DNA of 64,000 nucleotides from Bradymonadia bacterium (GTDB lineage Bacteria; Myxococcota_A; Bradymonadia; UBA7976; UBA1532): NCBI GenBank assembly GCA_046290225.1, contig JBKAGE010000080.1, positions 3,619 to 67,618 of the forward strand, read 5' to 3'. Shown piece by piece: positions 55,777 to 64,000 of this stretch (position 1 is its first letter; each line of letters starts with the position of its first letter). The notes under the pieces were generated by a model. It saw only the letters and a program-made list of their open reading frames with translations, ran no database searches and was not told where the DNA came from. The position numbers and the translations under genes were made by a program.

Positions 55777-57384
55777 TCACTGACCACAGAGTAGCCCGTC
55801 AGGCATACATTGATGCCCGATGATCGCCTTCGCATTCGACACAGCAATGGGGAAGCATGTGAAGCCCGAAGGGCAACCTGAGTCATCGAGACAGGCCATC
55901 GTGCAGTAAGGCACCGGACCAACATGGACGCAGAGGTTCTCCTCCCCGGGGCAGGCGTCGCTGGTCTCACAGGGCGAGCACAGCGTGCTCTCGTCAGCCC
56001 ATGGGGAGCGTCGGGGGTTGTCGCTCAGCCCGTGCACGCCGTACATCACCTGAGCGCTGATCCCCGTGTTGAGATCATTCAGGATCTGATCGTAGCTCTT
56101 CGGCACATGGACCCCGTTCTCCACCTGTGTCAAGTGCCGGAGCACGCCCGTCGACACCCGGGGCAGCTCGACGAGATAGCCGAAGTCGATGGTGCTGATG
56201 ACGTCGAGGTTGGTGTTGTCCTTGTTCGGGTGGGCATAAAGCGCGTCGGCGTAGCCTGCGTAGCTCTTGCAGCCATTGAACATGAACAGCTGGCTCTTCT
56301 CCGGCAGGTCGATGTCGGTGAGCTCAGGAATCGGCAGGGTCACAGTGGGGCTGTACGACACCGTGATCCCGGAGATGCCGTCGTTGTAACCCGCATGGCC
56401 ATCGTAGATGACCACGTCGCGTTTGGCGGCGTTGGCCCGGTAGATGTCGAGCAGCTTCTCGTAGCCTGCTTCGTCCTGGGCCATGTCGGGGTAATAGAGA
56501 TACACCTCGATCTTCACCGTCTGCCCACCGGCGACGATCTCGCCAGTGAATGGCCCGCTGTCGAAGGTCAGCTCTTCCATGGTGGCTACAGGGGGGGTGA
56601 GCCCGAGGTGGTACTGCAGTAGCGCGAAGACGTTGAACGCATTGCGTCGATCCCAACGATCCTCGTTGTAGTCACCACCGACGTGAATCGACACGTCGAA
56701 GACCCCATCTTCAAAGAGCTTGCGGTAGTCGGGGAACGCATCAGGAGTCTTGGGCGAGGGGCTCACATGTAGATCGATGGAGTCGAGCCACTCATCTTCA
56801 AACTGACGTGGATCAAAGCCCGTGAACATGCCGCCGTTGAAGTGCTCAAGCACCTCTGGATCCACCTTCATCATCGCGAGGGAGAACCACCCATTGGCAT
56901 CGAGAGGTAACTGAGACATCAAGTTGTCAGGTCCGGCGATGTCGGCCTCGAAGTCGAAGGTCCAGGTGAGGGCTTCGCCTTCGACAGGCGTGATGTGCAT
57001 CGCTTCGAAGGACTGCTCCCGAACAGTGCTTCGGAACCCGCCATAGCCATGGTTGGGTTTGTCCGAAAGCTTGCGGGTCAGATATGCGAAAAGGAACCCG
57101 CTGGTGAGCTGGAACCGCTTCTGCACCAGAAACTGCACCCGGGCCTCGAGGGCCTCGCCGGTGAGCTCGGCATCGCTCTCCGGGAGCACGAGACGGTGCG
57201 TGCCCTTGACCCGAAACTCGCTGGCGATGGGGCTGCGGTAGTCGTCGGCCTTCTCTGGAGGCACTGCCGTGTAGACTGGCGCCTCGGTGCTGGTCCGCTC
57301 TTCCGTGGAGGCGGCGTCATCTCCGGTGTCACACCCGGTGAGGGCAGTGAGAAGCAGCGCAACAGTGACGAGATGTCGAGTCAT
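55777..57384 (-). CDS. Lipoprotein of predatory-bacteria type (KAD motif, Cys-rich C-terminus)
   Basis: GGAGGAGG RBS, lipobox LTGC, EKADDY, DVVIYDGHAG, FMFNGCKSY, 10-Cys tail. Confidence 0.75.
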   Translation of the reverse strand: MTRHLVTVALLLTALTGCDTGDDAASTEERTSTEAPVYTAVPPEKADDYRSPIASEFRVKGTHRLVLPESDAELTGEALEARVQFLVQKRFQLTSGFLFAYLTRKLSDKPNHGYGGFRSTVREQSFEAMHITPVEGEALTWTFDFEADIAGPDNLMSQLPLDANGWFSLAMMKVDPEVLEHFNGGMFTGFDPRQFEDEWLDSIDLHVSPSPKTPDAFPDYRKLFEDGVFDVSIHVGGDYNEDRWDRRNAFNVFALLQYHLGLTPPVATMEELTFDSGPFTGEIVAGGQTVKIEVYLYYPDMAQDEAGYEKLLDIYRANAAKRDVVIYDGHAGYNDGISGITVSYSPTVTLPIPELTDIDLPEKSQLFMFNGCKSYAGYADALYAHPNKDNTNLDVISTIDFGYLVELPRVSTGVLRHLTQVENGVHVPKSYDQILNDLNTGISAQVMYGVHGLSDNPRRSPWADESTLCSPCETSDACPGEENLCVHVGPVPYCTMACLDDSGCPSGFTCFPIAVSNAKAIIGHQCMPDGLLCGQ

Positions 57385-57455
57385 GGCGTACCTCCTCCGC
57401 AGCGTTGGGGGTTGGGTGGTTTACCGCGTTGTCACCTGGTTTTCAACTCGTCGCC

Positions 57456-59687
57456 TCACCGTGTGGCCACGACCCAGGCCACCTCAGTGTGCCAGCTCAG
57501 GCTCTGGTTTGCCCAGCGACCTCGGGCCCAACGGGCCAGAGTGTCGAGGGCGCCTGCCGCGAGCAGGTCAGGGTCGAAGTGGGCTGCGAGGCGCTGCCGG
57601 TAGCCTCCGGGGCTGTCAGCCCACCAGCGCGACACGAGGCCCGACGTGCCTTGCAGCGTCATCACCGTGGTGGCGGGGATGACCGACGCCTCGAAGCCTG
57701 CCTCTGTGAGGATGTGTTGTAGACCTGCTGTACCCCAACGCAGCCTCGGCGTGTCTTCGGCATACACCGCCTCCTCTGCTGAGGCCCACGCTTCGGCGAG
57801 CGCCGGATCGAGGCCGATGAGCGGGGCGAGGGCATGCAGACGCTGGGTCTTCTGGGGGATCATCTCCGCGAGCACCAGCCGACCACCCGGCGACATCACG
57901 TCGGCCAGGGCCTGCGCAGCCTCTGCTGTGGGCCCTTCAGTGAAGACATCGCGACCGATGACGCGCTCGAAGCGTACGCCAGCCTCCTGATCAGCCATGA
58001 CCTTGGGCAACACCTCTATGGCTGACGTGATCAAGGTCGGTCGATGCAGGGGCGGCAGCCCGGCGATCTGGGCCTCTAACGCCGCCCTCAGCCGCATCGC
58101 CTCTCCAGGCTCGGCTTCGCTCACGCAGGCGTACACGCCGCCCTCCGGGGCCTTGCGCAGGGCCTCCCAGGTGAGCAGCCCGCTGCGCACTCGCACGTCG
58201 AGCACCAGATGATGCCGGGCGATCTCCGCCCGCTCGAAGATGCCCGCTCGAAGTGAAGCGAGGCGCTCCCCAGCACCTGAGGCCGCCCGATGCACCCATC
58301 GGTCGAGGCCAGCGTTCACAGGGCCAGTGGTCAAGCCCTCGGGGGCAGCCTCGAACTCCCGTACCGCTGCCACCTGGGCCTCGCGGCGCCGGGCCACCTG
58401 ATCTCCGATCTGCGCCTCGTAGCCCTGATCGGATGGCTTGTAGAAGCTCTGCCCCACTAGGCCACTCGGCAGGTATTGCTGGGCCACCCAATGATCTCGG
58501 TAGGCATGGGGGTAGAGATAGCCCGCACCATGGCCGAAGCCCTCTTTGTCGCGGTTCGGATCTTTGAGGTGGTTGGGCACCTCGCCGTCCCGCTCCTCGC
58601 TCACCGTCTTGAGGGCCTCGAAGAAGCCCATGGTGCTGTTGGACTTCGGCGCCGTGGACAGGACCAGGACCGCCTGGGAGAGGTGATAACGCCCCTCGGG
58701 CAAGCCCACTCGGTCGAAGGCGGCGGCGCAGGCCTCCACCCGTACCAGGGCGTCGGGATCAGCGAGACCGATGTCTTCGCTGGCGAGGATGATCATCCGG
58801 CGGAACAGATACCGGGGATCTTCACCGGCATAGATCATCCGGGCCATCCAATAGAGGGCGGCGTCGGGATCGGACCCTCGAACGCTCTTGATGAAGGCGC
58901 TGATGGCGTCGAAGTGGATGTCGCCTTCTTTGTCGTAGAGCACCGCCCGCTGCTGGATCGACTCCTCGGCCACCTGCAGCGTGATGACGATGGCGCCGTC
59001 ATCGCTAGGCTCGGTGGTCGTCACTGCGAGCTCGAGGGCGTTGAGCAGCGCCCGGGCGTCGCCATTGCTGACATCGACGAGGTGATCGAGGGCGTCGGTC
59101 TCGATGGTCACCGGCAGCTCACCGAAGCCACGCTCCGGGGTGGTCAGGGCCCGCGACACCACTGAGCGCAAATCGTCGTTCGTCAGGGACTGAAGCTGAA
59201 ACAGGCGAGAGCGGCTCACCAACGCCTTGTTCACCTCGAAGTACGGATTCTCCGTGGTGGCGCCGATGAAGATCACCGTGCCGTTCTCCACGTGGGGCAG
59301 CAGGGCGTCTTGCTGTGACTTGTTGAAGCGGTGCACCTCGTCGACGAACAAGATCGTACGTCGATCGTGCTCGGCTCTGATCTGGTGCGCGCGCTTGATC
59401 GACTCCCGGATGTCCTTCACCCCGGAGAGTACGGCGTTGAGGGCGATGAACTCGGCGGCGGTATGGTTGGCGATGATGCGGGCCAGCGTGGTCTTGCCCG
59501 TGCCTGGGGGGCCATAGAAGATCAGCGACGAGAGCTGATCCGCCTGGATCGCCCGACGCAGCAACCGCCCGGGGCCCACGATGCCCCCCTGCCCCACGAA
59601 CTCATCCAGGGTGCGCGGCCGCATCCGGGCCGCGAGGGGCGCCTCTGCCTCAACCCGGCGCTGACGCCGGTGTTCGAAGAGGTTCAC
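57456..59687 (-). CDS. rarA: Replication-associated recombination ATPase RarA/MgsA with C-terminal methyltransferase-like extension
   Basis: PLAARMRPRTLDEFVGQ, GPPGTGKTT, DEVHRFNKSQQDALLP, ATTENP, SVRGSDPDA, YLYPH...QQYLP. Confidence 0.93.
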   Translation of the reverse strand: MNLFEHRRQRRVEAEAPLAARMRPRTLDEFVGQGGIVGPGRLLRRAIQADQLSSLIFYGPPGTGKTTLARIIANHTAAEFIALNAVLSGVKDIRESIKRAHQIRAEHDRRTILFVDEVHRFNKSQQDALLPHVENGTVIFIGATTENPYFEVNKALVSRSRLFQLQSLTNDDLRSVVSRALTTPERGFGELPVTIETDALDHLVDVSNGDARALLNALELAVTTTEPSDDGAIVITLQVAEESIQQRAVLYDKEGDIHFDAISAFIKSVRGSDPDAALYWMARMIYAGEDPRYLFRRMIILASEDIGLADPDALVRVEACAAAFDRVGLPEGRYHLSQAVLVLSTAPKSNSTMGFFEALKTVSEERDGEVPNHLKDPNRDKEGFGHGAGYLYPHAYRDHWVAQQYLPSGLVGQSFYKPSDQGYEAQIGDQVARRREAQVAAVREFEAAPEGLTTGPVNAGLDRWVHRAASGAGERLASLRAGIFERAEIARHHLVLDVRVRSGLLTWEALRKAPEGGVYACVSEAEPGEAMRLRAALEAQIAGLPPLHRPTLITSAIEVLPKVMADQEAGVRFERVIGRDVFTEGPTAEAAQALADVMSPGGRLVLAEMIPQKTQRLHALAPLIGLDPALAEAWASAEEAVYAEDTPRLRWGTAGLQHILTEAGFEASVIPATTVMTLQGTSGLVSRWWADSPGGYRQRLAAHFDPDLLAAGALDTLARWARGRWANQSLSWHTEVAWVVATR

Positions 59688-59694
59688 GGCACGA

Positions 59695-60276
59695 TCAACC
59701 TTCCAAGGCCTCGAGGCCGCCGAGGATCAACTCGCACATGGCCTCTGCCCGGGCCTGGAGCGTCAGCGGATCATGTTCGATCCGCCCATCGGCGGCGAGG
59801 GTGGCCAGGCCATGGATCGCCGCCCAGGCAAGCTCGTCGGCCTCGGGGCCAAGGGCTTCTTCGGGGTCGACGCCACGCTCGGCGTAGACCGCATCGAGGG
59901 CGTGGGTGATGCCGAGTGGCGGTGCATCTGTGGCGGGACCATGGGGGCCGTATACCAAACGAAAGAGGTGGGTACGATGCACAGCGAACTCGACATAGGC
60001 GGTGATCAGCTGCAGCAGACGCTCTTCACCTGTGCCTTCTGCCGCCGCGTCCACGGTCATCTGCACCAACGCCTCGTGGTGCGTGGCCGCCACGACGCCG
60101 AGGATCGCGCTCTTGTCCTTGAAGTGCCGGTAAGCCGCTGCCGGATCCACCTGCAGCGTGCGTGCGCACGCCCTCAAGCTGAGCTGCTCGGCACCGTCAG
60201 CTTCGACGCGTTGGGTGGCCTCTTCCAAGAGAGCACGGCGTAAGTCACCGTGATGATATCGATCTCGCTTGCCCAT
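59695..60276 (-). CDS. TetR/AcrR regulator (WHG C-terminal type)
   Basis: YHHGDLRRALL, LSLR..AR...V...A.YRHFKDK, WAAIHGLA. Confidence 0.9.
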   Translation of the reverse strand: MGKRDRYHHGDLRRALLEEATQRVEADGAEQLSLRACARTLQVDPAAAYRHFKDKSAILGVVAATHHEALVQMTVDAAAEGTGEERLLQLITAYVEFAVHRTHLFRLVYGPHGPATDAPPLGITHALDAVYAERGVDPEEALGPEADELAWAAIHGLATLAADGRIEHDPLTLQARAEAMCELILGGLEALEG

Positions 60277-60278
60277 AC

Positions 60279-61175
60279 TTACCCCGTCAGTCGATTTACA
60301 GCGTCGTGGAACTCCCGCACCACCTCTTCGACGATCTGCCCGATGGGCTTCACGTCGTGGATCGTGCTCACCCCCTGGCCCGCGCTCCAGATGTCCCGCC
60401 AGCGCTTGGCCTCTTCGTGGCCTCTGCCCGGCGTGGTGTCGTCGGGCAACGTCGAGGCGATGAAGTTGGCGTGAATGCCAGAGACCTTGTCAGTGTAGAC
60501 GATGCCGTCGTGGGTCGTCTCCACCACCAGATCTTTGTACTGGTCCGAGGCCCCACACTCCGTCGAGGCGATGAAGCGCGTGCCCATGTACGCCAGCTCC
60601 GCCCCGAGGGACAGCGCCGCAGCGACCTGGGCCCCGCCAGAGATGCAGCCGGCCCCGATGATGGGCACCTCGAGATGCTCACGCAGGTACGGAATCAATG
60701 CGTAGGGGTTCACCGTGCCGGCGTGCCCACCTGCCCCCTGGCTGACCCCGATGATGGCGTCTACACCTGCGGACTGCGCCTTGAGGGCATGCTTGAGGTT
60801 GATGACGTCGTGGAACACCGTCACCCCTTTGCCGTGGGCCACCTTCACGATCTCCGTGGGGTTGCCGTAGCTGGTGATCATCACCGGCACCTCATACTCG
60901 AGGCACAGCTCAACATCCCGCATCAGCCGCGCCGGATCAGTGAGGCCGATGGTGACGTTGATGGCGAAGGGCCGGTCGGTCCGGGCCCTGATCCACTGCA
61001 AATCGGCCTCGAACTGCTCCACGGTGCGGGCGTTGAGGCTGGGCATCGATCCGAGGATCCCCGCCTCGGCGCAGGCCACGATCATCTCTTTGTTGCTGAT
61101 GATGAACATGGGGGCGGCCACCAGGGGGTACTTCAGCCCCAGCCGCTTGGAGAGCGGGGTGGAAAAGCTGGCCAT
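60279..61175 (-). CDS. Nitronate monooxygenase/FabK-like flavoprotein
   Basis: YPLVAAPMF, GAGGHAG, AGCI..G..VAAAL.LGA..AYMGTRFIAS.E, IWSAGQG. Confidence 0.9.
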   Translation of the reverse strand: MASFSTPLSKRLGLKYPLVAAPMFIISNKEMIVACAEAGILGSMPSLNARTVEQFEADLQWIRARTDRPFAINVTIGLTDPARLMRDVELCLEYEVPVMITSYGNPTEIVKVAHGKGVTVFHDVINLKHALKAQSAGVDAIIGVSQGAGGHAGTVNPYALIPYLREHLEVPIIGAGCISGGAQVAAALSLGAELAYMGTRFIASTECGASDQYKDLVVETTHDGIVYTDKVSGIHANFIASTLPDDTTPGRGHEEAKRWRDIWSAGQGVSTIHDVKPIGQIVEEVVREFHDAVNRLTG

Positions 61176-61894
61176 CAGGGCTCCTCTTCGCCGGGTTCCA
61201 GCAAGAAGGGGTAGGTCACCTCGAGGGGCTCACCGCTCTCGGGGGCCTGGAACTTCACCCCTTCGATGCTGTTTACGATGCACCCTTCCAGGGCGCTGTG
61301 GTCAAGATCTGATTGCACGATCTTCACTGCTTTGATCTGCCCAGGCCGATCCTGGGCCGCTTCGGTGTCGCTGCCCTCTTCGACGTCTGGCGCGTCGATG
61401 GTGAATTGAATCGCCACCCGGCCTTCGATTGGGTCTTCGGTGCGCTTCGCCCACCCGTCGTAGCATTCTTCGATGTGGGGCTTGATCTCTTTCATCGCCC
61501 CCACCACACCTTCTTTGTCGAGGGACCAGATCATGGCCTCTTCGACATCGCCCTCTGCTGCCTCATCGAGGGGCTGAGCTTCTTTTTCGGCATCTTCAGC
61601 GACATCGGTTTCAGCAACTTTGGGAGCGGCCTGAGGATCTCCGCCGGGCATCACCTTGTCCTCTGCGGGTGCCTGCAATGGAGGTTGGGGCCTGGCGACG
61701 TCACGCTGAGTATGCGCCGGGCTCGGTAGCTCGGGCGGGTTTGACGGGGCTGGGCGATTTGCTGTGGCGGGTTGTGTCTCGGTCTTCGCTGTGGGGCCAC
61801 TCCGGGGGATGCCGTCAGGCCCTGGCGGACGATTGAGCCACCACAACCCACCGATGGCGATCAACAACAGCGCAATGGCGCCCCAGATCTTCAT
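61175..61894 (-). CDS. AgmX/PglI C-terminal domain (TonB_C-like) membrane protein
   Basis: N-terminal TM, Pro-rich linker, IEECY...GRVAIQFTI...GCI....KF.AP....EVTYPF. GGGAG RBS. Confidence 0.8.
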   Translation of the reverse strand: MKIWGAIALLLIAIGGLWWLNRPPGPDGIPRSGPTAKTETQPATANRPAPSNPPELPSPAHTQRDVARPQPPLQAPAEDKVMPGGDPQAAPKVAETDVAEDAEKEAQPLDEAAEGDVEEAMIWSLDKEGVVGAMKEIKPHIEECYDGWAKRTEDPIEGRVAIQFTIDAPDVEEGSDTEAAQDRPGQIKAVKIVQSDLDHSALEGCIVNSIEGVKFQAPESGEPLEVTYPFLLEPGEEEP

Positions 61895-62091
61895 GTGCGA
61901 TCTCCCCGTGGTCTCCACAGCCATCGAGAAACACGTGTGCCCGCCTGGGCACCCCGATGCCCACAAGACAACACATCACCTCGCGATGAACAACACAGAC
62001 ACACGCTCTCTACCGACTTGGTGCAATGCAACAATTCACGATCAAGTGCCACTCTCCCGGCACAATCATGTTGAAACACGGGTAGAGCGAC

Positions 62092-63288
62092 ATGCTGAGG
62101 AAGCTGAACGGCACCATTGTATCTATGGCACTGGCACTCATGGGGTGCGAGACGTCAGGCTTCAGCGAAGGGGCCACAGCACACGACGGGGGCATGCCTG
62201 AGCCAGACATGCACATCAGTCAGAGAGACGCCACCGTCGATGACTCCAGCCTGCCAGATGCGGACACAGAAGACCTGGATGATGCCGGGCAGGATGCCGA
62301 CATCGACGATCCCTGGTCCAGTGCGGGCTGCGCCTCCGGCATCGAGTGGTCTCCCATGGGAGAGCTGGCCGGTGCGGGCCGCGATCACCACATGACCTTC
62401 ATCAACGCACGGGTCTCACCTCCGACCCTGCACGTCGTCGGAGGCACGAACTACAACACAGTGTTCACCGACAGCTGGCGGGCGCCGATTCTCGAAGACG
62501 GCGCCCTCGGCGAGTGGGCGCCCGCGGTCGACCTGCCTCTCCCCAGGAGCGGGGCCGCGGTCGCTCAGGCCCATGGGCGCACCTACATCCTTGGTGGTCG
62601 AGATCGCGCCGGGATGAAGCGTGAGGTGTATGCCTCACGACATGATCCGAGTGGTGCGCTCGTCGGCTGGGACCCCATGCCCGACTTGCCCCAGGTTTCG
62701 TTCCACGGAAGCGCCACAGCCACCGAGTCGCACGTCTACCTCACCGGTGGCCTCGACGGGCGGGGCAACGCGCTCCCGCACATTTACGTGGGGGCCCTCG
62801 ACGCAGATGGCGAGATCATCGAGTGGCGCACCCAGGCGCTGCCAGAGGATCGCTCACATCACTCGAGCTTCGTAGGCGACGGGTATCTGTATTTGGTCCA
62901 CGGCTTCGCAGGGAACCCCTTCAGAAATCAGACGCGCTACCACCAGGGCATCTTGAGGGCACAGATCCTCGAAGACGGCGTCCTGGGTCCATGGGCAGAG
63001 GTCGTGCGCTTCGAGGACGAGCTCGCCACCCACGCAACGACGCAGGTCGGTACCTGCGCCTATGTCCTCGCTGGTCTCGTGAACAGCGACGACTACTCCG
63101 GCTCAGCCTTCGCACTGGACTGGTCGGAAGGCGCTGTGGAGGTCCTCCCCGTGGGGGGTGTACTGGGCACTGGGCGCTCCCACATGCACCAGGTGCCGTT
63201 CTACGACGGCAGGCTCTATGTCGTAGGTGGCAGCGAGGCTTATCGACAGGTCAGCACGCAGGTGGAGGTCGGTGAGTTGATCGAGTGA
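62092..63288 (+). CDS. Kelch-repeat lipoprotein
   Basis: Lipobox LMGC; repeats LHVVGG, YILGG, YLTGG, LYVVGG with W...LP.PR. Confidence 0.8.
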   Translation: MLRKLNGTIVSMALALMGCETSGFSEGATAHDGGMPEPDMHISQRDATVDDSSLPDADTEDLDDAGQDADIDDPWSSAGCASGIEWSPMGELAGAGRDHHMTFINARVSPPTLHVVGGTNYNTVFTDSWRAPILEDGALGEWAPAVDLPLPRSGAAVAQAHGRTYILGGRDRAGMKREVYASRHDPSGALVGWDPMPDLPQVSFHGSATATESHVYLTGGLDGRGNALPHIYVGALDADGEIIEWRTQALPEDRSHHSSFVGDGYLYLVHGFAGNPFRNQTRYHQGILRAQILEDGVLGPWAEVVRFEDELATHATTQVGTCAYVLAGLVNSDDYSGSAFALDWSEGAVEVLPVGGVLGTGRSHMHQVPFYDGRLYVVGGSEAYRQVSTQVEVGELIE

Positions 63289-63312
63289 TGGAAAGCCTCT
63301 GACTGTACGGAA

Positions 63313-63999
63313 TCAGTCCACAACGCCCATCAGCTGTACGTCGCCATTCTCAAGCCAGAGCAAGGGCAACGGTGGCACGATCGCCCCCGTCGGATCGAGC
63401 GGCACCAGACTCAGCCCCTGCCCCAGACCCATGGGGTGCTCGATCACCACCCAATCACCATACACGGCCACCGGGTAGGCCCCTCGGCCATCAGTGGGGG
63501 TCAGCTGACGCGCGGGACCGCCATCGAGGGGCAAGGCGTGGACGTCAGGCTCTCGGGTCAAGCGGGGCTCTGGCGCCTCACCTACGTCCTCCCCCGCCGG
63601 CTCACCTTCGGCGCGGGCCACCAGCGCATGATCGCCCGTCAACACCATGTCGGTCAGCGCCATCGGCTGGGGCCAGGGGTGCCACAGACCAGTCTCGTGG
63701 CTCACCTCACCCCATGCCTGAAAGCCCGCCTCCGTACCCACGCCATACACCCAGCGATCTCCGCTCCATTTGAGGTAGGTCTCTTCTTCGAGATCCTCTA
63801 CAGGCAAACCGTCGGCGACCACTTCGTGGGGCTGCGCCTCTTCACCAGGGGCAAAAGAGACAGCCATGAGCGTGCCCTCTGGCCGCATGTAGAAACCTCT
63901 CGTGCCCACGACGCCGGCGAAGCGGGCTCGATGCATCTCATCGCCTCTGGGCGCATAGCTCGGCGTCTCGTCATTGGCGTCCACGATGTGGAGATGCAG
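63313..63999 (-). CDS. 5'-truncated hypothetical protein (beta-propeller-like)
   Basis: Frame open to the window edge; PLDGGPARQLT motif. Confidence 0.55.
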   Translation of the reverse strand: MHLHIVDANDETPSYAPRGDEMHRARFAGVVGTRGFYMRPEGTLMAVSFAPGEEAQPHEVVADGLPVEDLEEETYLKWSGDRWVYGVGTEAGFQAWGEVSHETGLWHPWPQPMALTDMVLTGDHALVARAEGEPAGEDVGEAPEPRLTREPDVHALPLDGGPARQLTPTDGRGAYPVAVYGDWVVIEHPMGLGQGLSLVPLDPTGAIVPPLPLLWLENGDVQLMGVVD

Positions 64000-64000
64000 G

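Overview
GC-rich bacterial chromosomal window, most consistent with a Myxococcota/Bradymonadales-like deltaproteobacterium. This rests on the many Cys-rich/Asp-rich lipoproteins, an AgmX/PglI-type protein, a CsgA-like SDR and a fused ccoNO. Core content: a complete cbb3 oxidase operon (ccoS-ccoNO-Q-P-G-H-DsbD2-ccoI-hemN), glyQS, icmF, tmcA, map, rarA, a K+ channel and assorted redox enzymes. Accessory content: a Phd/ParE TA pair with a 12-bp-phased GTAC operator, a frameshifted SUKH-like immunity gene, a lipoprotein with a putative Ntox16 toxin tip behind a sigma54 promoter, a very large calpain-domain protein, and a low-GC RelA/SpoT-domain plus 2-TM glycine-zipper gene pair. The most striking unexplained signal is a family of ~330-340 bp non-coding fold-back elements (3 full copies and 1 remnant). 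Every arm carries exactly five GGCACG units (a G-quadruplex-type motif), the arms co-vary within each copy, and in one copy the pairing extends into flanking genes. No rRNA, tRNA, CRISPR array or transposase was recognised. All family calls come from motif recognition by eye, not from database searches.
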